Below are positions 16,500 to 25,951 of a DNA stretch of 57,417 nt, one piece after another (position 1 is the first letter of the stretch; each line of letters begins with the position of its first letter). The notes below the pieces were generated by a model. It was given only the letters and a program-made list of their open reading frames with translations, was not told where the DNA came from and made no database searches. The DNA is taken from assembly GCA_035478335.1 (NCBI GenBank), contig DATIJS010000033.1:1-57417 (forward strand), written 5' to 3'. Both the position numbers and the translations under genes were made by a program. The stretch is from Candidatus Saccharimonadales bacterium. Lineage in GTDB: Bacteria > Patescibacteriota > Microgenomatia > Levybacterales > UBA12049.

Positions 16500-17638
16500 A
16501 AACATCAAATAGATTGCATCAAATTCCAGAATATATTCATGCACGTCTAAATCAGGAGGTAAAAAAAATAGAAACCCAAACCGGCAGAAAAGTTCTTAAT
16601 TTTGGCCAGGGTTCACCTGATTTTAGAACAAGTAAAAAATATCTTGATAAACTAAATGAGTTTATCCAACAGCCCAAATCTCATGTCTATCCCGGCTATA
16701 CAGCTAGTAAAGAATTTTCTGACGCATTAGTTTTCTGGTACAAGAAACGATTTAATGTAGAAATTAATTCAGAAGAAGTATTACCGCTTCTGGGAGCAAA
16801 AGATGGAATTACCCATTTTCCACTCGCTTTTCTGGATGAAGGAGACGAAGTCCTAATCCCGGACCCTGGATATCCCGCATACAACGAACCCGTAACTCTG
16901 ATTGGCGCAAAACCGGTTCCTTATCTGCTGTTGGAAGAAGATAACTTCAAATTAAGTATTGACCAAATCAAACATAGAGTTACTAAAAAAACCAAAGCTA
17001 TTTGGGTCAACTTTCCCTCCAATCCGACAGGTCAGGTCGCGACACTAGATGAACTTATACCCATTATAAAATTTGCAAAAGAAAAAAATATACTTGTTCT
17101 TTATGACAATGCTTATTCTGAGATAAGCTTTGATAGCTTTTCAGCACCAAGTATTTTTCAGGTAGATTTGGCAAAAGATGTAGCTCTTGAATTTAACTCA
17201 TTTTCAAAATCATGCTCATTTGCAGGCTTCCGAATGGGATGGGTAGTAGGCAGCAAAGAGAATGTAGATGCAATTGCAAAGGTCAAGACTCAAATTGACT
17301 CAGGAATGAGTCTGCCACTTCAGCAACTTGGAGCTTATGCACTAACTCATCAAGATGAAGAATGGAATAAGGATATGCTTGAGAGTTACAAATCAAGAAG
17401 AGATATAATTGCCAAGCATCTTATGTCTTTGGGGTTGAAATTTTCTATTCCAAAAGCAGCACTATACATCTGGGCCAAAATTCCAGATACTGAAAAAAAC
17501 TCAGAGAAATATTGCATGAGAATGCTTAATGAAAAAATGATATTATTTACACCTGGTAGTGCTTTTGGTAAAAACGGCGACAGATTTGTACGAGTTAGTA
17601 TCTGTGTAAATGTTGATGAAATAGATAGATATTTTTAA
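16496..17638 (+). CDS. Class I/II PLP aminotransferase (probable aromatic/prephenate aminotransferase)
   Basis: It has NFPSNPTG and SFSKS..FAGFRMGW motifs. It lies between the chorismate mutase and the TyrA-PheA fusion. Confidence 0.8.
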   Translation: MKTSNRLHQIPEYIHARLNQEVKKIETQTGRKVLNFGQGSPDFRTSKKYLDKLNEFIQQPKSHVYPGYTASKEFSDALVFWYKKRFNVEINSEEVLPLLGAKDGITHFPLAFLDEGDEVLIPDPGYPAYNEPVTLIGAKPVPYLLLEEDNFKLSIDQIKHRVTKKTKAIWVNFPSNPTGQVATLDELIPIIKFAKEKNILVLYDNAYSEISFDSFSAPSIFQVDLAKDVALEFNSFSKSCSFAGFRMGWVVGSKENVDAIAKVKTQIDSGMSLPLQQLGAYALTHQDEEWNKDMLESYKSRRDIIAKHLMSLGLKFSIPKAALYIWAKIPDTEKNSEKYCMRMLNEKMILFTPGSAFGKNGDRFVRVSICVNVDEIDRYF

Positions 17639-17639
17639 T

Positions 17640-18947
17640 ATGAAAAAAGTTACGATAATAGGCTACGGAAGGTTTGGGAAAACTCTTCACAAATTATTGA
17701 AAGATGATTTTGACGTCATGGTTTATCTTCGCAAGAAAACTATTGATAAAGAATTTATCACAACTGACTTAAAAAAAGCTTACGGAAGTGAAGTGATATT
17801 CTATGCAGTTCCAATTTCTTCTTTTGAGGATGTAATTTCCGCACAAAAAAAATTTTTTAAACCAAAACATCTCCTCATTGATGTTCTTTCTGTAAAGTTA
17901 CACCCTAAGAACATATTTGAAAAATATTTACCTGAAAAAACTCAAGCTCTTTTAACACATCCTATGTTTGGCCCAGATAGTAGTAGAGAAGGCTTTGATG
18001 GACTTCCAATCATACTAGATCAATATAAAACAAGTGAGGAAAATTATACTTTTTGGAAAAAATTCTTTGTTAAAAAGAATTTAAATATATTAGAAATGAA
18101 TTCAGATGATCATGATAGGCTTGCCGCAAATTCTCAGGGTTTAACACATTTTATAGGAAGATTGCTGGATGAATTTGGTACTGAGAAGTCATCAGTTGAC
18201 ACAATCGGCGCAAAAAAATTAATGGAAGTCAGAGAGCAAGTCTGTAACGATACTTGGAAATTGTTTATCGATCTTCAGCATTTTAATCCATATACAAAAG
18301 AGATGAGAATTAAACTTGGCGCATCATATGATAACCTTTACAATAAATTGATTCCCAAGCAAGCGAACAAAGAATTTATAACCATTGGAATTCAGGGAGG
18401 AAAAGGAAGTTTTAACGAAGAAGCAATAGAATATTATGTTAAACGAAATAAAATAGATAAGTATAAAATCAAATATTTACATACATCTGAATCTGTACTA
18501 AACGCTCTTCACGTTGGAGATATCGATTTGGGACAATTTGCTATTCATAATTCAACTGGTGGAATAGTAGGGGAAAGCATTGATGCGATGGCAAAATATA
18601 AGTTTAGGATCGTTGAAGAATTTGCAATAATTATATCCCATGCTCTGATGATCAGAAAGGATGCAAAGCTTTCCGATATAGATACTATCATGACTCATCC
18701 ACAAGTCCTTGCCCAGTGCAAAACAAATCTTTCTGAAAAATATCCCAATCTAAAACAGACTTCCGGAGAAGGAGAGTTAATTGACCATGCACTTGTAGCC
18801 AAACACCTGTCAGAGGGAAAAATTGCAAAAAATATTGGAACCATGGGAAGCAAAATTCTGGCGGAGATTTATGGCCTACAAATTGTTGAAGATAATCTGC
18901 AGGACTTGGCCAAAAACTTTACAAGCTTTTTAGTAGTAGAAAGATAA
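17640..18947 (+). CDS. Fusion protein: prephenate/arogenate dehydrogenase (N) and prephenate dehydratase (C), no ACT domain
   Basis: The N-terminal half has IIGYGRFG, HPMFGP and HDRLAANSQGLTH (TyrA). The C-terminal half has IGIQGGKGSFNEEA, THPQVLAQC and NFTSFLVV (PDT). The ORF ends right after the PDT domain. Confidence 0.8.
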   Translation: MKKVTIIGYGRFGKTLHKLLKDDFDVMVYLRKKTIDKEFITTDLKKAYGSEVIFYAVPISSFEDVISAQKKFFKPKHLLIDVLSVKLHPKNIFEKYLPEKTQALLTHPMFGPDSSREGFDGLPIILDQYKTSEENYTFWKKFFVKKNLNILEMNSDDHDRLAANSQGLTHFIGRLLDEFGTEKSSVDTIGAKKLMEVREQVCNDTWKLFIDLQHFNPYTKEMRIKLGASYDNLYNKLIPKQANKEFITIGIQGGKGSFNEEAIEYYVKRNKIDKYKIKYLHTSESVLNALHVGDIDLGQFAIHNSTGGIVGESIDAMAKYKFRIVEEFAIIISHALMIRKDAKLSDIDTIMTHPQVLAQCKTNLSEKYPNLKQTSGEGELIDHALVAKHLSEGKIAKNIGTMGSKILAEIYGLQIVEDNLQDLAKNFTSFLVVER

Positions 18948-18971
18948 AATCAATCTCATTATAATACAACT

Positions 18972-20003
18972 ATGGAACACGAATTGTTAACAATTAAAAA
19001 TAACGCGATTTCGCTTATTTTTGATGCAAAAAATCTGAAAGAGCTTGAAGAAATAAAATTGCAATTTCTGGGAAAAAGCGGTGAATTAACTACTGTGCTG
19101 AAAAAATTGCCCAAACTCTCACCTGATGAAAAACGAATAATTGGCATGGTTGCCAACGATACAAAAAACATAATAGAAGACACAATAAAACAAAAAGGGG
19201 AAGAATTAAAAATAAATAAGATACCTCTGACAAAAATTGATGTAACGGAACCTGGAATAAAACCACAAATTGGACACTTGCATCCGATGAGCTTAACGCT
19301 CTTTGAGATGGTTGATATATTCAAAAAAATCGGTTTTCAGGCAGCAGATGGGCCGGACATTGAAACAGATCATTATAACTTTGAGGTCGTCAATATTCCA
19401 AAACACCACCCATCCCGCGATACACAACAATCACTTTACCTTGATACAAGGAATTCAAATATAAATCCTGGCGAAATTCTTCTCAGAACTCACGGGTCCA
19501 ACATGCAGGGGAGAATAATGGAGAAAGCACAGCCGCCAATTCGGGCAATTTACCCAGGCAAAGCGTTTCGCTATGAACAAGTTGACGCTTCGCATGGATT
19601 TGAATTCTGGCAACTGGAAGGGCTCTCTGTGGGAACAAATGTCCGCATGACAGATCTTTTTGGAACAATGTCATACATTGTTAAAGAATTTTTTGGAAAA
19701 GATACAAAGGTAAAATTTGTCTGTCACAATTTTCCTTTTGTTGAACCAGGCGCTGAAGCATATATGAGCTGCACTGTTTGCGCAGGAAAAGGATGCAGTT
19801 TTTGTAAGCAATCAGGTTGGGTCGAAATACTTGGATGCGGCATGATACACCCAAATGTGTTAAGGACCGTTGGATATGATCCTGAAAAAATTTCTGGCTT
19901 TGCATGGGGTATGGGATTATCGCGTATGGTAACTCTTCGCTACAAAATGGATGATTTGCGCCTTTTGACAAATCCTGACTTGAGGATATTGGAACAATTT
20001 TAA
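18972..20003 (+). CDS. pheS: Phenylalanyl-tRNA synthetase alpha subunit
   Basis: It has HPSRDTQQS, LRTHGS and FRYEQVDASH class II motifs. Confidence 0.95.
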   Translation: MEHELLTIKNNAISLIFDAKNLKELEEIKLQFLGKSGELTTVLKKLPKLSPDEKRIIGMVANDTKNIIEDTIKQKGEELKINKIPLTKIDVTEPGIKPQIGHLHPMSLTLFEMVDIFKKIGFQAADGPDIETDHYNFEVVNIPKHHPSRDTQQSLYLDTRNSNINPGEILLRTHGSNMQGRIMEKAQPPIRAIYPGKAFRYEQVDASHGFEFWQLEGLSVGTNVRMTDLFGTMSYIVKEFFGKDTKVKFVCHNFPFVEPGAEAYMSCTVCAGKGCSFCKQSGWVEILGCGMIHPNVLRTVGYDPEKISGFAWGMGLSRMVTLRYKMDDLRLLTNPDLRILEQF

Positions 20004-20005
20004 TT

Positions 20006-21892
20006 ATGCTAGCACCACTCTCTTGGCTTAAAGATTACGTAAATATAAAAAGCGACCTTAAAGCGTTAACTGAACGATTGGGTGAAATTGGCCTGGGAAC
20101 TGAGGAAATGACCAAAACTCAAGATGGAGATATCATCCTTGACCTTGAAGTAACCCCAAATAGACCTGATCTTTTATCAATAGTTGGGATTGCCCGTGAA
20201 ATTGCAGCAATTGAAAATACTCAGATTAAATATCCAAATTCAAAAACTGATCTAAAAATAAAAAAAGATATTAAAATTTTACCATTAAAAATTCATTCCA
20301 ATTATAAAATTACTCCGCGACTAACTGGAATAATAATAAACAACGTAAGCGTAAAAGAATCACCCAAATGGCTTAAAGAAAAGCTGGAAAAACTTGGTAA
20401 TAGACCTATAAATAATATCGTTGATATAACTAATTTTGTTATGTATGAGCTAGGAAATCCTATCCACTCTTTTGATTATAATAAAATTACAGGTCACGAA
20501 ATGTGGATTAAGCAATCTGCAGGTGGAGAAAAATTTGAGAGTGTCGACGGCATTTCTTATCATTTGCCAAAAGGGGCAATAATTTTTGAGGATGCTGAAA
20601 AAATTTTTGATTTAGTTGGAATTAAAGGTGGAAAAAATAGTGGAACTTATAAAGATACAAAAACAGTATTTATTGCAATTGAGGTTGATGATCCAATCCT
20701 CATTCGCAAAGCATCCCTTGCACTAAGCTTGAGATCAGACGCAAGCGCCATATTTGAACGGAATGTTAATAAAGGCGGGACTATTGATGCCCTAAAGAGG
20801 ACTGTTGATTTAATTTTGGAACTTGCAGGAGGAGAGATAGCAAGCGAGCTAATTGATCTTAAAGAGGAGGAATTTAATCCCTGGAAAGTATCTTTAAGAA
20901 TTAATAAGCTGAATTCACTATTGGGAATAGAGATTCCAGAAAAGAAAGTTTTAGAAATACTGGGAAAATTAAACCTGCAGCCAAAATTAAAAGAGAACGT
21001 AATTGAGGTTACTGTACCGACATACAGAAATGATTTAAAAATTGAAGAAGATATAATTGAGGAGGTAGCAAGGCTCTATGGATATAGTAATTTTCCTCAC
21101 ACTTTACAAATCGGAGAGATAAGAACAGAAAAAATACCATATTTCAAAAATTACAATTTAGATGAAAAAATAAAAAATTTTATTGCCGCTTCAGGATATT
21201 CTGAGATATATACATATGCGCTGATTAGCGAAAACGATTTACAGCAAGAGGGAATTAATTCTGAAGACGTACTGCGTGTAGATACGCCAGTGAGCCATGA
21301 GTATGAATATCTGAGACCAAATCTAAAAATCAACTTAAGAAAAGCGCTCTATCAGAACAAACTTATCTCACCAAAATTAAATTTATTTGAAATAGGAAAA
21401 ATATATTATGGAGAAAATTTAGATAAGGCTGAAGAACGATACAATCTTGCCGGAATAACTAATGATAAAAACTTTTTTGAAGTTAAAGGAATTCTTGAAA
21501 ATCTATACAAGATGCTGGAAATTGATGAGGATCCTACTGAGCATATTGAACAAATTGAGGAAGGAATATATTTTGAGATCGACTACACAGAACTAACAAA
21601 AAAATCCAAAGCATACAGAACCTTTATTCCTGTGCCTAAATTTCCACCTGTTATTGAAGATATGGCAATACTTGCACCAAGCAATATCTCAATAGGGGAT
21701 ATAATCAAAACTATTAAGAAACAAAGTAATTTAATTTCTGAAGTAAGCATTCTTGATAAATATGAACAAACACGAACTTTCCATATTGTTTATCAGAGTA
21801 CTGAACGAAACCTTACAGGCAAAGAAGTAGGGGAGATACGAGTAAAAATTCTAAAAGCCCTGAAAGATAAACACGGAGCAAAATTAAAATAA
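20006..21892 (+). CDS. pheT: Phenylalanyl-tRNA synthetase beta subunit, short form lacking the B2 (OB-fold tRNA-binding) domain
   Basis: The N-terminus LSWLKDYV is followed about 45 aa later by LEVTPNRPDLLSIVGIAREIA. The product is 628 aa. Confidence 0.9.
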   Translation: MLAPLSWLKDYVNIKSDLKALTERLGEIGLGTEEMTKTQDGDIILDLEVTPNRPDLLSIVGIAREIAAIENTQIKYPNSKTDLKIKKDIKILPLKIHSNYKITPRLTGIIINNVSVKESPKWLKEKLEKLGNRPINNIVDITNFVMYELGNPIHSFDYNKITGHEMWIKQSAGGEKFESVDGISYHLPKGAIIFEDAEKIFDLVGIKGGKNSGTYKDTKTVFIAIEVDDPILIRKASLALSLRSDASAIFERNVNKGGTIDALKRTVDLILELAGGEIASELIDLKEEEFNPWKVSLRINKLNSLLGIEIPEKKVLEILGKLNLQPKLKENVIEVTVPTYRNDLKIEEDIIEEVARLYGYSNFPHTLQIGEIRTEKIPYFKNYNLDEKIKNFIAASGYSEIYTYALISENDLQQEGINSEDVLRVDTPVSHEYEYLRPNLKINLRKALYQNKLISPKLNLFEIGKIYYGENLDKAEERYNLAGITNDKNFFEVKGILENLYKMLEIDEDPTEHIEQIEEGIYFEIDYTELTKKSKAYRTFIPVPKFPPVIEDMAILAPSNISIGDIIKTIKKQSNLISEVSILDKYEQTRTFHIVYQSTERNLTGKEVGEIRVKILKALKDKHGAKLK

Positions 21893-21895
21893 TAA

Positions 21896-22165
21896 ATGAT
21901 TACTACTGAATCGCTGCAAAAAGAAATCGAAAATTTAAAAGAAAGAAATATAAAAGTTGATACCAATAAAGCCTGGGAAATAAGTTGGACACGAAGAATA
22001 ATGCTCCTGATTTTAACCTACCTTATCGCGGGGTTTACTCTAACTACAATTCAAAACCAGTCTCCCTGGACCAATGCTCTGATTCCATCAATAGGATTTT
22101 TTCTATCAACCTTAACTATTCCGTTTCTTCGAACTTTTTGGCAAAATTATATCTATAAAAAATAA
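21896..22165 (+). CDS. Small membrane protein (hypothetical)
   Basis: The 89-aa product has an N-terminal helical region and two hydrophobic segments. Confidence 0.5.
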   Translation: MITTESLQKEIENLKERNIKVDTNKAWEISWTRRIMLLILTYLIAGFTLTTIQNQSPWTNALIPSIGFFLSTLTIPFLRTFWQNYIYKK

Positions 22166-22169
22166 ACGG

Positions 22170-24485
22170 TTATGGAGCAGGGGTGGGCGATGTTGCTGCA
22201 CCGTTTACTGCAGATGTTGGAGTTGGATCTTCATGCTTGGGGTTTTTTAACTCATCCGGCGGATGATACATCTTATCATCCTTATGATTTTGCTCGATCC
22301 ACTCATCAATTCCTTTCTGCCAACTAAATTGCCCGTCACTCGTCAGTGGATTGTCTTCCTGAAAAACATAATAATCCTGTCCGTCTTTGCTTTTGTAAAT
22401 TGGAGACTCAGCCGTCGGCTCTGTTCCTTTGACAAAATATTCTGATCTCTGAGGGATACTTCCATGAGGCAGACCCCCGCTCAGTGAATCAATCTGCATG
22501 GCAATTACATTGTCAGGTTTTACCGGCTGCTCATCTGGCTTTCCTTTCAAAACCTCAACCATTATCTTGTGCCATATAGGACTCGCTCCCGTTATTCCAC
22601 TCGCAATAGCTTGATTCATAGGTGTATTGTCATTGTTGCCGACCCAAACCCCAACCACATAGGAAGGAGTATAACCATAAGTCCAGTTATCTCGCTTTTC
22701 ATCGGTTGTTCCTGTTTTGACCGAGACTGTTTTCCCCGGAACAACAAGATAGGAGTTTGGTCCGAATTCCATAGTCCTGGCATTATTATCAAGCAAAATA
22801 TGGGAAATAATAAATGCTACCTCCTCAGACAATACTTTCTTGCCGTCAGTTTTTTTCTTTTCATATAAAACATGCCCCTTGGGATCAGTAACTTTAAGAA
22901 TAGAAACCGGATCTTGCCTTACGCCTTTATTTGCCAGCACACCATATGCCGTCATTTCATCCATAAGCGATGTTTCTTTACCTCCCAGAACAAGAGATAG
23001 GCCTACTTGTGAGCGGGTTTTTGCTGTTGGTTCCCAACTATCAATTCCCATATCATATCCTTTCTGAAGTACTGTATTTATACCTACCTTCGCAAGCATT
23101 TTAACTGCAGGAAGGTTGAGTGAATTACCAAGGGCAAATCTCAACTGCACAGGACCATGATATTTTCCATCATAGTTAACCGGAGAATAAACAGGTTTCA
23201 GAGGATCACCGGAGGGAAAATCGGTTTTTGTATCCATAATTAATGAGGCAGCTGTATATCCCTTTTCAAAAGCAGCGGCATACATAACCGGCTTAAGGGA
23301 TGAACCCGGTTGGCGTGATTTACTGATAGCTACATTCAGATTTGGATCAAATACACAATTAGAACCTGAAACACAACCCTCGGGTAAAGATTTGGCAAAA
23401 TAATCTTTACTTCCAACCATTGCTAAAATTTCACCTGTTTTGGGATCAGTTACCATAGCTGCACCATTACCAACCTTATACGTTTTTAGATTATCCACCT
23501 CATCCAAAACAATCTTTTCTGCTTTTTCCTGAATCTTATAATCGAGCGATGTCGTTACCTGAAGCCCCCCTGAGGCAACAGCTTGTTCACCAAATTGCTT
23601 AGCCAAAATTTCCCTGACATACATTACAAAATGAGGAGCCTTTATGGCCTCATTTCTTTGCGAAAATTTATAGTTTTTTATCTCATTTAAAGCATCATTT
23701 GCGCTGCTTTGACTAATATAGTTATTTGCAACCATTTGTCTAAGAACCGCCTCAGTTCTAGCTATATATAACTTTCCTCCGGTAAATGGAGCATATCTTG
23801 TCGGACTTTGGGGAAGACCAGCAAGAAAAGCTGATTCTGCAAGATCCATATCTTTGGATTTTTTTCCAAAATACTGTTGCGAGGCCGCCTCGACTCCTAT
23901 TGCTGTTCCACCATATGGTATATTATTCAGATACATTTCCAGAATCTCAGGTTTGGAATATTTCTGATTAACTTGAATTGCCAAAATAAGCTCTTTTATT
24001 TTTCTTGGCAAGCTTCTCTCACTTGATAATAATACGTTCTTAACCAATTGCTGAGTAATTGTTGAGCCTCCTGTCAAACCGTGCCCCAAAATGGCGTCTC
24101 TTGCAACCCTAATATAAGCAACTGGTGAGAATCCGTTATTTTTATAAAAATCTTTATCTTCAATTGAAATTGTAGCATTCTGCAGATTCTTCGGGACTTG
24201 ATCCAATTTCACATAAGTTCTATTCTCGTCTTGATAGACAGAATACAAAAGTTCTGCATTTCTGTCATAAATTCGTGTCGCATCTTTGTATTTGGAAGTT
24301 ACCAATTTACCGGGAGTTGGAAGATCTTTAGAGAACCAAAGAAACATTACGGGAACTGCAACAATCAAACCAATTAGTCCAAAAAATACATATCTCAGAA
24401 GTTTGTTGTAGGTTAACATTTTGGAAGCATCAAAAACTTTCTTTTGTCTCCTAAGCCTGCTTCTTCGAGTAGATCTATAATCCAT
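22170..24485 (-). CDS. Penicillin-binding protein 1A family (bifunctional glycosyltransferase/transpeptidase)
   Basis: GT51 motifs are present (EDKDFYKNNG, GGSTITQQLVKN, RKIKE), with TPase motifs SSLKP and KTGTT. The start is set at ATG 24485 (MDYRS...). Confidence 0.9.
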   Translation of the reverse strand: MDYRSTRRSRLRRQKKVFDASKMLTYNKLLRYVFFGLIGLIVAVPVMFLWFSKDLPTPGKLVTSKYKDATRIYDRNAELLYSVYQDENRTYVKLDQVPKNLQNATISIEDKDFYKNNGFSPVAYIRVARDAILGHGLTGGSTITQQLVKNVLLSSERSLPRKIKELILAIQVNQKYSKPEILEMYLNNIPYGGTAIGVEAASQQYFGKKSKDMDLAESAFLAGLPQSPTRYAPFTGGKLYIARTEAVLRQMVANNYISQSSANDALNEIKNYKFSQRNEAIKAPHFVMYVREILAKQFGEQAVASGGLQVTTSLDYKIQEKAEKIVLDEVDNLKTYKVGNGAAMVTDPKTGEILAMVGSKDYFAKSLPEGCVSGSNCVFDPNLNVAISKSRQPGSSLKPVMYAAAFEKGYTAASLIMDTKTDFPSGDPLKPVYSPVNYDGKYHGPVQLRFALGNSLNLPAVKMLAKVGINTVLQKGYDMGIDSWEPTAKTRSQVGLSLVLGGKETSLMDEMTAYGVLANKGVRQDPVSILKVTDPKGHVLYEKKKTDGKKVLSEEVAFIISHILLDNNARTMEFGPNSYLVVPGKTVSVKTGTTDEKRDNWTYGYTPSYVVGVWVGNNDNTPMNQAIASGITGASPIWHKIMVEVLKGKPDEQPVKPDNVIAMQIDSLSGGLPHGSIPQRSEYFVKGTEPTAESPIYKSKDGQDYYVFQEDNPLTSDGQFSWQKGIDEWIEQNHKDDKMYHPPDELKNPKHEDPTPTSAVNGAATSPTPAP

Positions 24486-24540
24486 AGAGGTAGGTATATT
24501 ATAGCAAAAAATCAAGAAAAATATGCTATACTCAAATCAA

Positions 24541-25749
24541 ATGGACAAGATTGAGGAATTATTAACAAGGGGAGTTGATAAGATTTATCCGTCAAAACAA
24601 GAGCTGGAAAAAATTTTAAAAAGTGGTAAAAAATTGCGCCTTTATCAGGGTTTTGATCCGACTGGAACAAGGCTTCATATAGGACATATGGTTGGATTCA
24701 GAAAGCTCAGACAATGGCAGGAACTGGGACATCACGTAATATTTCTCATAGGGGATGGAACAGGTCAGGCAGGTGACCCTTCGGGAAAAACAAAAGCGCG
24801 TGATAAATTTATGACACAGGAGGAACTCCGAAAAAATGCGAAAGACTATATCTTGCAGGCTAGAAAAATTGTCAACTTTGAAGGCGATAACCCTATTGAG
24901 ATTTTATACAATGGTGACTGGTTAAACGAACTTAAATTATTGGATATATTGGATATTGCAGGCAATTTCTCTCTTCAACAACTCTCTGAACGGGATCTTT
25001 TCCAGGAAAGAATGAAAAAAGGCGAAAGCGTAAATCTTCGCGAATTTCTTTATCCGCTTCTTCAAGGATATGACTCAGTTGCTATGAATGTAGATTTAGA
25101 AATAGGTGGATCAGACCAAACATTTAACATGCTTGCCGGACGTAACCTTGTTAAAGCAATGCAAAACAGGGACAAGTTCGTGATGACAACACCTCTGCTA
25201 ACAGACTCCAATGGCCGAAAGATTGGCAAAACAGAAGGAAACGTAATTGGACTAACTGATGAGCCAAATGATTTGTTTGGTAAAATAATGGGTCTTTCAG
25301 ATGATGTAATCGTTAAAGCCTTTGAGTATTTAACAAGTCTTCCAATTGATGAAATTAAAAAACTGGAAAAGAGATTAAATACAAATGAGGAGCATCCTAT
25401 GAAGGCCAAGAAGAAGCTTGCCGGTGAAATTGTTTCCCAATTACACAGCCCTGAGGAAGCAAAAATAGCCAGAGATAATTTTGAACGAACAGTCCAGGAT
25501 CGCGAAATGCCAACAGATATACCTCTTTTTGTGTTAAAAGAAGCCACATCAGTAGCAGAAGTCTTGGTTGAAACAGGTTTGACTCTGAGCAAATCAGATG
25601 CAAAAAGGCTAATCGAGCAAGGTGGGGTAGAGATAGACAATGAAAGAATTAATGACCCAAATATTCCATTTGAAACTTTGGCCAAAAACGATGAAACAAT
25701 AATACAAGTCGGGAAAAGAAAATTTATTAAAGTAAAACTTGAAAAATAA
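24541..25749 (+). CDS. tyrS: Tyrosyl-tRNA synthetase with C-terminal S4-like domain
   Basis: It has HIGH (LHIGHMVG) and KMSKS-like (KIGKTEG) motifs. ATG 24541 is preferred because TGcTATACT ends 8 nt upstream; ATG 24523 is the alternative. Confidence 0.9.
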   Translation: MDKIEELLTRGVDKIYPSKQELEKILKSGKKLRLYQGFDPTGTRLHIGHMVGFRKLRQWQELGHHVIFLIGDGTGQAGDPSGKTKARDKFMTQEELRKNAKDYILQARKIVNFEGDNPIEILYNGDWLNELKLLDILDIAGNFSLQQLSERDLFQERMKKGESVNLREFLYPLLQGYDSVAMNVDLEIGGSDQTFNMLAGRNLVKAMQNRDKFVMTTPLLTDSNGRKIGKTEGNVIGLTDEPNDLFGKIMGLSDDVIVKAFEYLTSLPIDEIKKLEKRLNTNEEHPMKAKKKLAGEIVSQLHSPEEAKIARDNFERTVQDREMPTDIPLFVLKEATSVAEVLVETGLTLSKSDAKRLIEQGGVEIDNERINDPNIPFETLAKNDETIIQVGKRKFIKVKLEK

Positions 25750-25765
25750 TTTGTTATAATAAACT

Positions 25766-25876
25766 ATGGAAACATTTGGTAAACACAAAACAACCTGGAA
25801 AATAATAATGATTGTTGCATCCCTCGCCCTGATAGCAGCGACTTTCCTGCCTTATTTAACCCTACTTAATCAATAA
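25766..25876 (+). CDS. Possible 36-aa membrane peptide METFGKHKTTWKIIMIVASLALIAATFLPYLTLLNQ
   Basis: It falls below the ORF-track cutoff. An extended -10 (TGtTATAAT, 25752-25760) ends 5 nt before the ATG. It has one hydrophobic helix. Confidence 0.35.
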   Translation: METFGKHKTTWKIIMIVASLALIAATFLPYLTLLNQ

Positions 25877-25951
25877 CTCCCTTATAATCGAATAAATATT
25901 TATATGATTTTCGGCATTGCCTCTGGATGACAAAAAAGTATAATAGTAACT

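Noticed and set aside
24486-24540. Search for T-box or other riboswitch leaders upstream of tyrS, thrS and pheS
   Set aside because: The intergenic regions are only 24-55 nt, with -10 boxes abutting the start codons. There is no room for a T-box leader.
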